Below, one piece after another: positions 10,270 to 21,120 of a DNA stretch of 64,000 nucleotides (positions within the stretch are counted from its first letter, which is position 1; every line of letters begins with the position of its first letter). The position numbers were made by a program, and so were the translations under genes. The notes under the pieces are model-generated. The model was not told where the DNA came from. It was given only the letters and a program-made list of their open reading frames with translations, and did no database searches. Source of the stretch: a virus (taxonomy: Duplodnaviria; Caudoviricetes); the IMG/VR virus record IMGVR_UViG_3300021962_000022; one strand, 5' to 3'.

Positions 10270-10836
10270 ATGATAACCGCAGAACAAATAGAATCTAACA
10301 AAAAAAAGTTTCTTGAGACAAACTCAAAATACAAAATCTTTACAGATGAATTGTTAGATTTTTTGGGTGATGATTTCTTCATCGCACCTGCATCCACATC
10401 CCTAGACATGTACGGATGTTATCCCGGTGGATTACTTAGTCACTGCTTTAAGGCGGCCAAGTATTCTGTTAAAACAAATGAATTGTTACCCGAACCCATG
10501 AGAGTTCAGACATCATCAATTCTCAAATGTATCTTTCTTTCACAAATTGGTAAAACATTTATGTTTAAACCAAATCCAAGTGAATGGCACAGAAAAAATT
10601 TGGGTAAGTTGTACGAATTCACGGAACAAGAAGTTTCAATGAAAGCCGGTGAAAGAGCGGTCTACTACGCAACCACAAATGGTGTTAAACTTTCTGAAGA
10701 TGAATTCCAATCAATAATGAATTCAGATAAAGAATCGGATGACAAAATGGCTAAGTATCGTTCAGGAACATTGTCTAATGTAATAAGAGTCGGTTTTGAA
10801 CTATCAATATTAGAAGAAAAAAATGGACAAAAATGA
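10270..10836 (+). CDS. HD-hydrolase-like protein with degenerate HD motif
   Basis: APAS..YPGGLLSH resembles YhaM-type HD proteins, but LSQIGK replaces LHDIGK. Confidence 0.55.
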   Translation: MITAEQIESNKKKFLETNSKYKIFTDELLDFLGDDFFIAPASTSLDMYGCYPGGLLSHCFKAAKYSVKTNELLPEPMRVQTSSILKCIFLSQIGKTFMFKPNPSEWHRKNLGKLYEFTEQEVSMKAGERAVYYATTNGVKLSEDEFQSIMNSDKESDDKMAKYRSGTLSNVIRVGFELSILEEKNGQK

Positions 10837-11419
10837 AATTGAGTCGTACATTAAACGACTTCAAGAATTAGAAAAAGAAATCCTAAATGAGGATTCTAAC
10901 GACGAATCAATCATGGGGGACTTAAATAAATTGTTATTTAGTCTCGGGGATGATATTAAAAATCAAGTCGAAGAACAAGTTAATCGATTTGAGGTAAAAA
11001 TAAAAAAATTAAACCCAAATGCGGTCATCCCCTCATACTCAAAAGAGGGTGATGCTGCCATGGATTTAACCGCGGTAGATGTTGAGTTTACCGACGATTA
11101 TATTTCATATAAGACAGGTATTGCAATTGAAATACCCAAAGGTTATGTTGGTTTAGTTTTCCCGAGAAGTAGTAATTCTAAAAAAGATTTACTATTAACA
11201 AATAGCGTTGGGGTTATTGATAGTGGGTACAGGGGAGAAATTGAAATTAGATATAAAACAATTTTAAATAATAAAAGAGAAAATATTTCAATTTACAATA
11301 CCTTAGACAGAGTGGGTCAGATTATGATTATCCCATACCCTTCAATTACATTCGTTGAAGTAGATGAGTTATCACAAACAGAAAGAGGTGATGGTGGATT
11401 TGGTTCTACCGGAAAATAA
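10823..11419 (+). CDS. dut: Trimeric dUTPase with N-terminal extension
   Basis: AAMDL, FPRSS, GVIDSGYRGEI, RVGQ, RGDGGFGSTG motifs. Confidence 0.95.
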   Translation: MDKNEIESYIKRLQELEKEILNEDSNDESIMGDLNKLLFSLGDDIKNQVEEQVNRFEVKIKKLNPNAVIPSYSKEGDAAMDLTAVDVEFTDDYISYKTGIAIEIPKGYVGLVFPRSSNSKKDLLLTNSVGVIDSGYRGEIEIRYKTILNNKRENISIYNTLDRVGQIMIIPYPSITFVEVDELSQTERGDGGFGSTGK

Positions 11420-11444
11420 TAATTATATTAATAAAAATACATAC

Positions 11445-12161
11445 TTGAGAAAGTCAACAACAAAAACCGCCAATCTTATAGAAGATAAGAAAATCGCTAA
11501 AAAACAAAGAATTAGAGAAATTATAAAACAACCAAAAGAAAAATTTCTCACCAAAAATCAAGAAGAGTATTGGAGAATATTGGGTGATAATGAAATAACA
11601 CTTTGTTTTGGTCCAGCTGGTGTTGGTAAATCGTATATTGCAATGAAAAGGGCGGTTGATTTACTATGGGATGATAACAACAAATATGAAAAAATTATTA
11701 TTGTTAGACCCGCGGTTGAAGCAGAAGAAAAGTTGGGTTCATTACCTGGCGGTTTGGAAGAAAAACTTGACCCATACATCTACCCATCGTATTATCTTTT
11801 AAATAAGATAATTGGTAAAGATGCTAGAGAAAAATTAAAAGACGAAGGATTTATTGAAATCGCCGCATTAGCGTACATGAGAGGGTGGAATGTTGATAAT
11901 ACAATATTGGTGTTTGAAGAAGCTCAGAATACAACACCGTCTCAAATGAAACTACTATTAACACGTATTGGATTCAATTCTAAATTCTTCATTTCAGGAG
12001 ACTTAGAACAATCAGATAAATTCAAAGACAAAACAAAAACAGGTTTATATGATGCAAAAGTTAGACTTGGAGATTTAAAAAATGTTGGAGTTTTTGAATT
12101 TGGTAGTGAGGACATTGTAAGAAATCCTATAATCACTCAAATCTTAAAAAGATACGATTAA
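11445..12161 (+). CDS. phoH: PhoH-family ATPase
   Basis: GPAGVGKS, LGSLPG, AYMRG, EEAQN, GDLEQSD, DIVRNP. Likely TTG start at 11445 (ORF track start 11364 overlaps dut). Confidence 0.93.
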   Translation: MRKSTTKTANLIEDKKIAKKQRIREIIKQPKEKFLTKNQEEYWRILGDNEITLCFGPAGVGKSYIAMKRAVDLLWDDNNKYEKIIIVRPAVEAEEKLGSLPGGLEEKLDPYIYPSYYLLNKIIGKDAREKLKDEGFIEIAALAYMRGWNVDNTILVFEEAQNTTPSQMKLLLTRIGFNSKFFISGDLEQSDKFKDKTKTGLYDAKVRLGDLKNVGVFEFGSEDIVRNPIITQILKRYD

Positions 12162-12198
12162 ACTTTACTTATAAAGTATTATAAGTTATATTTCCTTT

Positions 12199-12879
12199 AT
12201 GGAAATATTTGTAAGTATAGACGGTGTTTTAAGAAACACCATACAAAAATTTGATTATCATTATAAAGATTATTTCTTAAACACCGAATCAGACGAAGAG
12301 GAAAAATTCGAATATGGTGTTAATGGTACCCCTATATCTATTGAGAATTTATTAAGTACATATAAATTTCAATCAATCGACGAGTTTAACAAATTTTTAT
12401 ATTTTGATTTTCCAATCGAAATATATGGTCACGCGGGTTTAAGTTACAGTCACGCGGCAACCGAATTGAACAGTTTTATTTTTGAGAATAAGGATGTGAA
12501 AATTACCTTGGTTGGTCTTAGTGAAAAAGGTAAAGCGAAACCCGCAACACTTTTCTTCTTATCAAAAAACGGTATTATGGCAGATAATGTAATTTTTTCA
12601 TCACCAGAAAAGATAAAAAAATTATGGAAAAAATGTGATGTGTGGATTACAGACGATATTAATGTTGTTTCTCAATGTCCCATCCACAAGAGGGTTATAA
12701 AATTTAATACGTTTTACAATAATAACTTTACAAATAAACTACAAATAAATAAATTATCAGAAATAAATAAAACATGGTTGAAATTTTCGGTAAAAACTAT
12801 TATATCGATGTTGATGGAATCAGTCAAAAATGTCAAACGGGTAATCAAATCCAAAACGAAGACGGAACCACAACGCTAG
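12199..12879 (+). CDS. HAD-superfamily 5'(3')-nucleotidase-like protein (first Asp replaced)
   Basis: VSIDGVLR at the N-terminus and WITDD later; canonical motif I is DxDG. Confidence 0.5.
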   Translation: MEIFVSIDGVLRNTIQKFDYHYKDYFLNTESDEEEKFEYGVNGTPISIENLLSTYKFQSIDEFNKFLYFDFPIEIYGHAGLSYSHAATELNSFIFENKDVKITLVGLSEKGKAKPATLFFLSKNGIMADNVIFSSPEKIKKLWKKCDVWITDDINVVSQCPIHKRVIKFNTFYNNNFTNKLQINKLSEINKTWLKFSVKTIISMLMESVKNVKRVIKSKTKTEPQR

Positions 12880-13055
12880 AGATAAACATATTCAAATATG
12901 AAATAATAAAAACTTGCATTGAAAGAGTGTTAAATGAATTTGAAGAATCAGATGAAACGTTAGGTGAATTTGGTGAATCAAACTTATCAATATCATTTAA
13001 AATTGCATATAACACATTAATAAAATACGAAATATTAATATCAGAAGATGAATAA
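12774..13055 (+). CDS. Hypothetical protein
   Basis: 93-aa ORF overlapping the previous gene by 106 nt and the next by 8 nt. Confidence 0.6.
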   Translation: MVEIFGKNYYIDVDGISQKCQTGNQIQNEDGTTTLEINIFKYEIIKTCIERVLNEFEESDETLGEFGESNLSISFKIAYNTLIKYEILISEDE

Positions 13056-14121
13056 CAAAGAAAACATAGAAAAACTGTCGGTGGCTTTAGAAAACCTAAC
13101 CACCAAGACTAATAACATATACTTTTTGGTATATGACACAAAAAACAATCCAAGAGCTTCAGTTAAACATATCTACGATATGGCACTGACACTAAAACAA
13201 AATGGATATAACGCTAAATTACTTGTTGAAGATAAAACATACACAGGTGTTAATTCTTGGTTAGGTGACACATATAATGAATTAGATGTTGTGACCATTA
13301 AGGATGACCGAGTTGAAATTAAAATTGAAGATGTAATTGTTGTACCTGAATATTATTCAAATGTTTTGGAATCCATGGCAAACATCAGATGTGTAAAGGT
13401 TATGTTAGTTCAACAAAAAGAATACATATTTGAGACATTACCAATTGGAAGCAGATGGTCTGATTATGGATTTGACAGAGTGATTACAACCACCGAGTTT
13501 TCTAAGAAATATATTGGTGAGATTTTTAACGAGTCTTTAGTACACATAATTCCACCAATCATTAGTGATGAATTTAAAGTTAGTGAAAAGAACACAAAAC
13601 CTATCATCGCGATTATGTGTAAAGACAGGTCAACAAATAAAAGAATTATCTCAGAATTTTATATTAGATACCCTCATTTAAGATGGTTGACGTTTAGAGA
13701 TATGGTTAACATGTCCTATCAAGAATTTGCTGATAATTTGAGAGAATGTGTTGTTTCGGTATGGGTTGACGAAGATTCAACTTTCGGGACTTTCCCATTA
13801 GAATCAATGAAATCAGGTATACCAATTATTGGTAAAATTCCTAAAAATGAACCTGATTGGTTAAGTGAGAACGGGATGTGGACATACGATGAATCAAAAA
13901 TTGTGGAGATTCTTGGTACGTATATAAACGCTTGGTTAGAGGGTGTTGAAATTAACGATGATGTTAAACAGAAAATGAAAGATACTCTTTTACCATACGA
14001 AACTGAAATTACAAAAAATAATATTTTGAATATTTTTGATTCATTCATCAATAAAAGAATTGATGCGATAGAAAAGGCATTAAATAAAATAAAAGAAGAA
14101 AACAAAGAAGAAATAGCATGA
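13048..14121 (+). CDS. Glycosyltransferase, GT-B fold
   Basis: VIVVPE, DEDSTFGTFPLESMKSGIPIIG resembles the GT4 E-x7-E region. Confidence 0.7.
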   Translation: MNNKENIEKLSVALENLTTKTNNIYFLVYDTKNNPRASVKHIYDMALTLKQNGYNAKLLVEDKTYTGVNSWLGDTYNELDVVTIKDDRVEIKIEDVIVVPEYYSNVLESMANIRCVKVMLVQQKEYIFETLPIGSRWSDYGFDRVITTTEFSKKYIGEIFNESLVHIIPPIISDEFKVSEKNTKPIIAIMCKDRSTNKRIISEFYIRYPHLRWLTFRDMVNMSYQEFADNLRECVVSVWVDEDSTFGTFPLESMKSGIPIIGKIPKNEPDWLSENGMWTYDESKIVEILGTYINAWLEGVEINDDVKQKMKDTLLPYETEITKNNILNIFDSFINKRIDAIEKALNKIKEENKEEIA

Positions 14122-14897
14122 AAGACATATCAATAATTTTACCAATCCACAAATGGGATGAGGAATATGAAATAATGTTTAAAAACGCGTTTAGTTCGGT
14201 AGAACAATTCTATAATGATGTTAAATTATTTATTGTTGGTCCATCTAATGTCGTTTCTAAAATAAAAATTGACGAGACAAATTTAGAATATCATATTATC
14301 GAAAACACCGGTAATCATGATTTTTGTTCTCAAGTAAACTTAGGAATTGAGAAGTGTGAAACCGAATGGTTTTCAATTTTAGAAGTCGATGATGAATATC
14401 ATAAAAATTGGTTGACTTTAGTAAATTCTTATAGAAGAGAAAATCCTGAAGTCAGTGCATTTTTAAGTTTAGTTAAAGACATCAATGTTGAAGGTAACTT
14501 TTTAAGTTATACAAACGAATCAACTTGGGCTTATGGTTTTACAGACAAACAAGGGTTTTTAGATAATGAAGCACTTTTAGAATATCAAAATTTCCAAATC
14601 AATGGTGGTTTGTACAAAACATCAGTTATTACTGAGTATGGTAAATTAAAATCAAACATTAAATTAACTTTTGGGTATGAATTCTTATTGAGATTAACCC
14701 ATAATAATGTTATTGTAATGACCATTCCAAGATTAGGATATCAACACGTCAATTTTAGAGAAGACTCATTATTTTGGAACTATAAAAATTCCGATGACAT
14801 GAGACTATCTCCCGAAGAAGTTAAATTTTGGTTGGATACTGCGAAAAAAGAATTTTTCTTTAAAAATAATAGAGACATAAACTATGTAGAAAATTAA
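14118..14897 (+). CDS. Glycosyltransferase, GT-A fold (GT2-like)
   Basis: ISIILPIH start, NLGI..CETEWFSILEVDDEY (DxD-like), YEFLLRL. Confidence 0.75.
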   Translation: MKDISIILPIHKWDEEYEIMFKNAFSSVEQFYNDVKLFIVGPSNVVSKIKIDETNLEYHIIENTGNHDFCSQVNLGIEKCETEWFSILEVDDEYHKNWLTLVNSYRRENPEVSAFLSLVKDINVEGNFLSYTNESTWAYGFTDKQGFLDNEALLEYQNFQINGGLYKTSVITEYGKLKSNIKLTFGYEFLLRLTHNNVIVMTIPRLGYQHVNFREDSLFWNYKNSDDMRLSPEEVKFWLDTAKKEFFFKNNRDINYVEN

Positions 14898-14899
14898 AT

Positions 14900-15598
14900 A
14901 TGCCGCGTAAACGAACCCAAAAAATTTATTTTGGGGAGGAACAAGAACAAGCGGTTGTAAGATACTTAGAATCCGACTCCGATACTGACAAGAATAAGAT
15001 ATTCAATGAATATTTAAGAGAACCTCTCACAATAATGGTCGAAAGTATAATTCGACGTTATAAATTGTATAGAAAAGACTTTGAATTCGTAGACATACAT
15101 GCGGATACAATGTCATTTCTTATGACTAAGATTAACAAATTCGACCATACAAAAAATCACAAAGCTTATTCTTATTTCGGAACCATCTGTAAAAATTACT
15201 TGATGGGGGCAATTCAGAAGGATGCTAAAGAAATGAATAGGAATGTGTCGTATGATGACATTTCATCCGATTTAGAGGAGAGTACAGAACACTCCTATTC
15301 CATAGACGAATATCATATTGATTATAAAGATGTAATCATAAAATTCATAATTGAATTAGAAACGTTTATGGAAGATGAGGATTTAAATGAAAACGAACAA
15401 AAATTAGGATACGCATTAATTGAAATCTTTAGCAACTTTGAAAAAATCTTCCAAGTTGGTGAGGGTAATAAATTCAATAAGAACTTGATTTTATTATCGT
15501 TACGTGAGATGACCTCATTATCAACTAAGGAAATACGAATATCTTTAAAAAGATATAAAAAAGTTTATGAAGGTATCATGATTGGATTCATAAATTAA
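14900..15598 (+). CDS. Phage sigma factor, gp55-like (candidate late sigma)
   Basis: Region-2-like KINKFDHTKNHKAYSYFGTICKNYL; size 232 aa. Confidence 0.65.
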   Translation: MPRKRTQKIYFGEEQEQAVVRYLESDSDTDKNKIFNEYLREPLTIMVESIIRRYKLYRKDFEFVDIHADTMSFLMTKINKFDHTKNHKAYSYFGTICKNYLMGAIQKDAKEMNRNVSYDDISSDLEESTEHSYSIDEYHIDYKDVIIKFIIELETFMEDEDLNENEQKLGYALIEIFSNFEKIFQVGEGNKFNKNLILLSLREMTSLSTKEIRISLKRYKKVYEGIMIGFIN

Positions 15599-15619
15599 TA
15601 ATTTCTCTATTTATATGTT

Positions 15620-15994
15620 ATGAGGGAAAAGAAAAACATTATATCGTTAGATACCGACTCAGCATTATCATTGATGCAGGAGATTTATAATGATATCGTT
15701 GAGCAGAAAAACACCGCGTCCATGATAACAAAAAAAATGTTAACATTCATGAAGGATGCTGAAGATATGAGTGTGATTGGTCCCGTAATTAAAGAACAAC
15801 AAAAAATACTAAACGATTGTACTGAAAAAAAGATTTCGTTAGTTAAGTTACAAAGTGCTCTATTAAAACAAACTCAAGGAAGTGGTCCTAACTCAACTGG
15901 TGGTAAACTACAACTTACAGATGAAGATAGAGTCTTGTTAGAAAAACTGATGAATGATTCAGAAGGTGAATCGTCAGGAATATATAGAGACTAA
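15620..15994 (+). CDS. Hypothetical coiled-coil protein
   Basis: 124-aa ORF, TATTTATA 4 nt upstream of ATG. Confidence 0.7.
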   Translation: MREKKNIISLDTDSALSLMQEIYNDIVEQKNTASMITKKMLTFMKDAEDMSVIGPVIKEQQKILNDCTEKKISLVKLQSALLKQTQGSGPNSTGGKLQLTDEDRVLLEKLMNDSEGESSGIYRD

Positions 15995-17952
15995 TGAGCA
16001 ATTCAAAAGAAACGAAAAAAAAACTTCAGTCACAGATTGAAGCAATCAAAAAAATTAACGACGACCCAAAGGGGGCTTCGAATTCCATTGCTGACGCATA
16101 TCAAAAAAATATACCTGACCCAAATGAATTATTTTCTAAAAAAAGTGATGATTTAAAAAATAAATTAAAATCTAAAGTAGAAAATAATAAAGACATCTTC
16201 AAAGATTTATTGGACGTTGCTGAACAATTCATTACCAGCAATAAAAAAACAAAAAAAGATACAACCGCAACACAAAAAGACAGTGTTCCCGTAAACGTAG
16301 ATAAAAATCTTGTGAAGGGAAAAATAAAAAGGTATGCGGTGTCTTCTGCAAAAACCACTTTAAAATCCGCAAAACAAATTGCAGTAAAACATTTTTCCGA
16401 AGCTCTTTTTATGGGTGATGGTATTTGTGGTAGTCAATCAGTATTCAATATCGATTCTATCACTTTAAAACCAGACGAATTTGATTTTTTAGACATATTC
16501 ACCATTGACCCCGATTCTGATTGTGGTAATTTAATCTATGAAAAGAAATCACCCAATAAGAATAAACAAAAGGCCAATAGAAAATTATATGATTTAATGT
16601 CATCAGGTGGATTATACACCTATTCATCTAATAATGGTAAAAACCTGTTTACGTCTCAATGGAGTGCATCGACACAACAATTCTTAATTACTGGTTTAAC
16701 TCAAGGAACTACAGGTGCAACTAAAGTTCAAAATTTTATTCAAGATTATTATGAATCTTTAGAATTTCCTGATATCGAGGAAATTATGAAAACATCTATG
16801 ATGTTAACAATACAAGGTGGTTCAAGTTGTAGTGAATCGAGTAAGTTTACGGTGTCATTAAACAAATCACTGAGACTTATAGATAAGTTATTTAAAGTTT
16901 GTGGTTCAAGTACCCAGAAAGATGAGTTGAAGAATCAAACTCCTGTTGATATGTTTAGTGAAAACGACCAAGACATTGAGTTTTACTTTGATTTTGACGA
17001 TGTAGAAGGTATTGATTTAGATGACGAACAAAATAGATTTAGAAGAGTATTGAGATTTAAAGATTGTTACAATTTTGAAGTTCCTGTGGACGATATGCAC
17101 ATCGAAGATTTCATCTATTTAACAAACAATAAAAATATTGAACAGGCGGTTGATGATGTTTTAGAAAGTGTATCTAAAGATGCATTATCAAAATCAGATT
17201 CATCATTTGACCTTAGCGCATTCTTGAATAATTTAATAAACAACTTTATTATAAACTTACCAAAAGCTTTGGTGATGTCTATATTGTCCGCCAAAATATT
17301 TTTACCAATAATAATTCTGTATAAAATATTTAAAACGGGATTAACCAATATCTACTTGAACAGTAAAGAATTGGCTAAGAAATTTTATAAGGCGTTAGGT
17401 AATATTATAAAAGATTTATTTTGGTTATTCATAAGAGAGTTTTGGAAATTAATTAAAACTGACCTCTTATCATTTATACAAACGATTGTACAAAGAATTA
17501 TTAAAAACAAATATAAAAGATATCTATTAATTATTACTTCATTGATAGTTTTATTAAAGAAATTATTACAAAATGAAATAAATAATTGTTACGATTTATT
17601 TCAAACAATTTTGTCAACAATTAATGCAGCACTTTCCCAAAAAGCACCAATAACAGTCCCCTCAATATTGTTACTATTTTCCGAGTCTCTTCCGGGATTT
17701 AGTCAAGACAGGGCGTTTATGAACATAATGAATAAATTAGAAGCATCAGGTGTACCAACAGGACCCTTGTATGGTGAAAGTAATAAAATAGGTGATTTAG
17801 TTAAATCCATTATAGATGGACATACTGAAGAAAAAGATGCAAACTCTTTTGTAAAAATTGTTCTAAAAGGTGGTGTTTTACCAGGTCCACCACTCGCGGG
17901 TGGTGCGGTTATTCCACCGGGTTTAATTTCTGGTGTAGGAAAAGAATTTTAA
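15994..17952 (+). CDS. Hypothetical large protein, probable virion component
   Basis: 652-aa ORF in a late-motif operon. Confidence 0.7.
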   Translation: MSNSKETKKKLQSQIEAIKKINDDPKGASNSIADAYQKNIPDPNELFSKKSDDLKNKLKSKVENNKDIFKDLLDVAEQFITSNKKTKKDTTATQKDSVPVNVDKNLVKGKIKRYAVSSAKTTLKSAKQIAVKHFSEALFMGDGICGSQSVFNIDSITLKPDEFDFLDIFTIDPDSDCGNLIYEKKSPNKNKQKANRKLYDLMSSGGLYTYSSNNGKNLFTSQWSASTQQFLITGLTQGTTGATKVQNFIQDYYESLEFPDIEEIMKTSMMLTIQGGSSCSESSKFTVSLNKSLRLIDKLFKVCGSSTQKDELKNQTPVDMFSENDQDIEFYFDFDDVEGIDLDDEQNRFRRVLRFKDCYNFEVPVDDMHIEDFIYLTNNKNIEQAVDDVLESVSKDALSKSDSSFDLSAFLNNLINNFIINLPKALVMSILSAKIFLPIIILYKIFKTGLTNIYLNSKELAKKFYKALGNIIKDLFWLFIREFWKLIKTDLLSFIQTIVQRIIKNKYKRYLLIITSLIVLLKKLLQNEINNCYDLFQTILSTINAALSQKAPITVPSILLLFSESLPGFSQDRAFMNIMNKLEASGVPTGPLYGESNKIGDLVKSIIDGHTEEKDANSFVKIVLKGGVLPGPPLAGGAVIPPGLISGVGKEF

Positions 17953-17953
17953 A

Positions 17954-18151
17954 ATGGAAATAGAAAAACTTAAAAACATTGTAGAAAACGCTAAGGACAA
18001 ATCAAATAAAGATTTATTTGATGCTGAGAATTTTTTGTTTAAACAACACGAAGAACTTAAGTTACACATAATTGAATTGACACGTAAATTAGAGTCAATT
18101 GAAAATTTACATCAAGTAATAATCACTGAAATTGAAAATAGAAAAATGTAA
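17954..18151 (+). CDS. Small coiled-coil hypothetical protein
   Basis: 65 aa, translationally coupled on both sides. Confidence 0.65.
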   Translation: MEIEKLKNIVENAKDKSNKDLFDAENFLFKQHEELKLHIIELTRKLESIENLHQVIITEIENRKM

Positions 18152-19707
18152 TGAAAATAGTTGATATTGGTGTATGTACCGAAAACAATGACCCTAAAGG
18201 ATTAGGAAGAATTAGAGTAATAGATTACGATGATTATGTTGGTGGTAAGTCGAATATAAAAGAAGGTATAGAAAAGTGGAGTAAAGACGACCCATTTATC
18301 GCATCACCATTTTTACCAAACAATATAAATTTTATTCCTGAAGAAAAACAGGCGGTAAAAATAATACGTTATGACACTAAAAAAACAACCGTTAACCAAG
18401 AATATATTGCGGGCCCGTTTTCAACTAGATACGATTTTAATTCACAAGTATTTAACACACAAATATCTCAAACATCTTACGGTGTGTCGGTTGAAGATAA
18501 AGCCGATATCATAAAAAATGAACAAGGGACTTTACCTGAAAATTGTAAGGACACACTATCTAAATACAAAGATTATTCTATTAATGGTAAGTATGGTTCT
18601 GATGCCATCTTTACACAAGATGGTTTAGTATTAAGAGGTGGTAAACTCGTACAAAAAGACATTACAAGTAATCAAAATAAAGAACTTCTAATCAAAGGTT
18701 TCCCAATTGCATCAAATAAAGTTGCAAAACTACATTTAAAGAAATTCGGACCAAAACAATTCATCGTTGATGAAACAAAAATAGAAGAGATTACAGAAAA
18801 CTCAAATCTTAAATTCATAATTGAATATGATGTTAATGACTTATCCAACCCAAATTATGTTAATTTTTATGTTTACCAAATAAAACCAAACGTATCAAAA
18901 AAATATAATTCAAGTAATTTTACTGAATCAACTCAAACCATATCAGGTGAAACAGTTTTTTTGACCGAATCAGGCAATACGTACACTTTTAGAAGTGAGT
19001 TAAATTCAATCACAGATTATAGTGGTGCAACATTAACAAAAAAGATTCAATTAATTTATCAAGAAATTAGAAATAAATTAAGTACAATACAGAGTAATGG
19101 ATTTAGTGGTACGGTATCTTTTAAAATTTTGACGGATTTAATTGTCACTCAAAGTGATTCAAATATCTATCCATTTTTCTTTAGACCAACAGATGAATTT
19201 CAAAATAGAACTGTAACCACAACCGAAGCTGAAAATAGATTAAAAATATTCAACAATGTGAAATTACCGGGTTCAACATCCAAATCTAGTTTAGTGTACA
19301 GTAAAGATAAAGTGAACCCAAATACGAGACAAGTAGAAAAAACGGTAAAGGTATTAAAAACCGATACCTCATCTGTTGAACAAACTTTTGGAAACGTCAC
19401 CGCGGATAAAATCTACTTATTATCAACTGAAACCAATTTTACCGATAAAAAAATTGATTTCCCTACACTTAACACATACGAATATGAACAGTCTGATTAT
19501 ATTGAAAAAATCGACCCCAACACTTATTCGTTAGTTAGGGGGGAAATTCTATTGGATTTTATTGACGCTTTGTACAATACATTTTTTGGTCACGTACATA
19601 ATATCAACGAGCCATATGTAAAATCGGACCCAAATCACACTAAACTAGAATTACTTTATAATAAATTAAGGGAAGAATTGATAAACAAGTCCATTAAAAT
19701 CAACTAA
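18151..19707 (+). CDS. Baseplate hub/spike-like protein (gp5/VgrG-type N-terminal OB fold)
   Basis: N-terminal GVC..NNDPKGLGRIRV is typical of gp5 OB domains; C-terminal H.H motif. Confidence 0.6.
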   Translation: MKIVDIGVCTENNDPKGLGRIRVIDYDDYVGGKSNIKEGIEKWSKDDPFIASPFLPNNINFIPEEKQAVKIIRYDTKKTTVNQEYIAGPFSTRYDFNSQVFNTQISQTSYGVSVEDKADIIKNEQGTLPENCKDTLSKYKDYSINGKYGSDAIFTQDGLVLRGGKLVQKDITSNQNKELLIKGFPIASNKVAKLHLKKFGPKQFIVDETKIEEITENSNLKFIIEYDVNDLSNPNYVNFYVYQIKPNVSKKYNSSNFTESTQTISGETVFLTESGNTYTFRSELNSITDYSGATLTKKIQLIYQEIRNKLSTIQSNGFSGTVSFKILTDLIVTQSDSNIYPFFFRPTDEFQNRTVTTTEAENRLKIFNNVKLPGSTSKSSLVYSKDKVNPNTRQVEKTVKVLKTDTSSVEQTFGNVTADKIYLLSTETNFTDKKIDFPTLNTYEYEQSDYIEKIDPNTYSLVRGEILLDFIDALYNTFFGHVHNINEPYVKSDPNHTKLELLYNKLREELINKSIKIN

Positions 19708-19732
19708 AATGATATTTATATTATAAAAGGTA

Positions 19733-21106
19733 ATGTCATACTATCGCTCATATTTCTCTAAAAATAACACTATCATTGAAAATAGTAGGGTTAACACTGC
19801 AAAAAACCCAACAACAGAAATCTTTTATGGTGATGGATATTCAAGATTTATCTTTAAAGTTGATTTTAGTGATTTACAAAGTAAGGTAAATAATGGTGAT
19901 TTGGTAATTACATCAGGTGCAACACATCATTTAAAAATGACCAATACGGTAATCGGGGACCCTAAATTGATAGGAGACAGTAAATCTAACGGAAAATACC
20001 GTGCGACATCATTCGATTTAATTCTTTTTACCGTACCACAATCATGGGATGAGGGTGTAGGTTATGATTACGAGTTCACCTCTTACGATGATAATTTGGG
20101 TAATAAAATTTATGACACTCGAGCATCAAACTGGTACGATAGAACAACAACCACAGGTTGGACATATCCAGGAATTTACACAGGTGCAACAATACTACAA
20201 ACAATACATTTTGACAATGGTAATGAAGACATCAATGTAAACATCACTAACTACGTTAATGGTATTATTCTTTCAGGTAACACCAACCATGGATTAGGTT
20301 TGGCATTCACATCTGCATTCGAGTCGATAACCACCGGAGAGACACAACAATCAGTTGCGTTCTTCTCAAAATACACACAAACTTTTTTTGAACCATTTGT
20401 TGAATCGGTATTTGATGATAGAATAGATGACAATAGACATAATTTCATTGAAGAAAGATATAATAATCTATACCTATACGTTACTAAAGGTTCCAATTTT
20501 TATAATTTAAATAGTAACCCTACGGTTGATATTTTAAACTCAAGTAGTGTTGCAATTTCGGGATTGACAGGTCTAACTACCACAAGAATTAAAAAAGGTG
20601 TCTATAAAGTTAGATTTGGTCTAACGGGTCAATTATGTGACGGTAAGAGATTCTTCTATGATAGATGGAAAGGTTTATCCTTGGATGGAATATCAATAAG
20701 TAATGTGACTCAGAAATTTGTACCTAAACCATTCACATCGGGTTATAGTATTGGTACAAACCCAACAGAAACACAAAACTATAAGATTCAATTCTCCGGT
20801 ATAAAACAAAATGAAAAAATTATCAGAGGTGAATTGAAAAAGATTGTACTTTATTTAAAATCAATCGAACAATCAAGAACTATATTATTCGACGATGTCT
20901 ATTATAGAATTTTCGTAAAAGAAGGTAAAACAAATGTAATAGTCTATGATTGGACTAAAACCGATGTAACCAATGAAAATTCATTCTACTTAGACACTTC
21001 TTATTTAATACCAAGAGAGTACTTTATTGAATTTAAGGCCAAAACGTACACTGAAGAGATATTTTATAATGATTACATCAAATTTGAAATATTATCAGAA
21101 AAATAA
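19733..21106 (+). CDS. Probable virion structural protein
   Basis: 457 aa, beta-rich, TATTTATA upstream. Confidence 0.6.
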   Translation: MSYYRSYFSKNNTIIENSRVNTAKNPTTEIFYGDGYSRFIFKVDFSDLQSKVNNGDLVITSGATHHLKMTNTVIGDPKLIGDSKSNGKYRATSFDLILFTVPQSWDEGVGYDYEFTSYDDNLGNKIYDTRASNWYDRTTTTGWTYPGIYTGATILQTIHFDNGNEDINVNITNYVNGIILSGNTNHGLGLAFTSAFESITTGETQQSVAFFSKYTQTFFEPFVESVFDDRIDDNRHNFIEERYNNLYLYVTKGSNFYNLNSNPTVDILNSSSVAISGLTGLTTTRIKKGVYKVRFGLTGQLCDGKRFFYDRWKGLSLDGISISNVTQKFVPKPFTSGYSIGTNPTETQNYKIQFSGIKQNEKIIRGELKKIVLYLKSIEQSRTILFDDVYYRIFVKEGKTNVIVYDWTKTDVTNENSFYLDTSYLIPREYFIEFKAKTYTEEIFYNDYIKFEILSEK

Positions 21107-21120
21107 AAATATTTAATATT

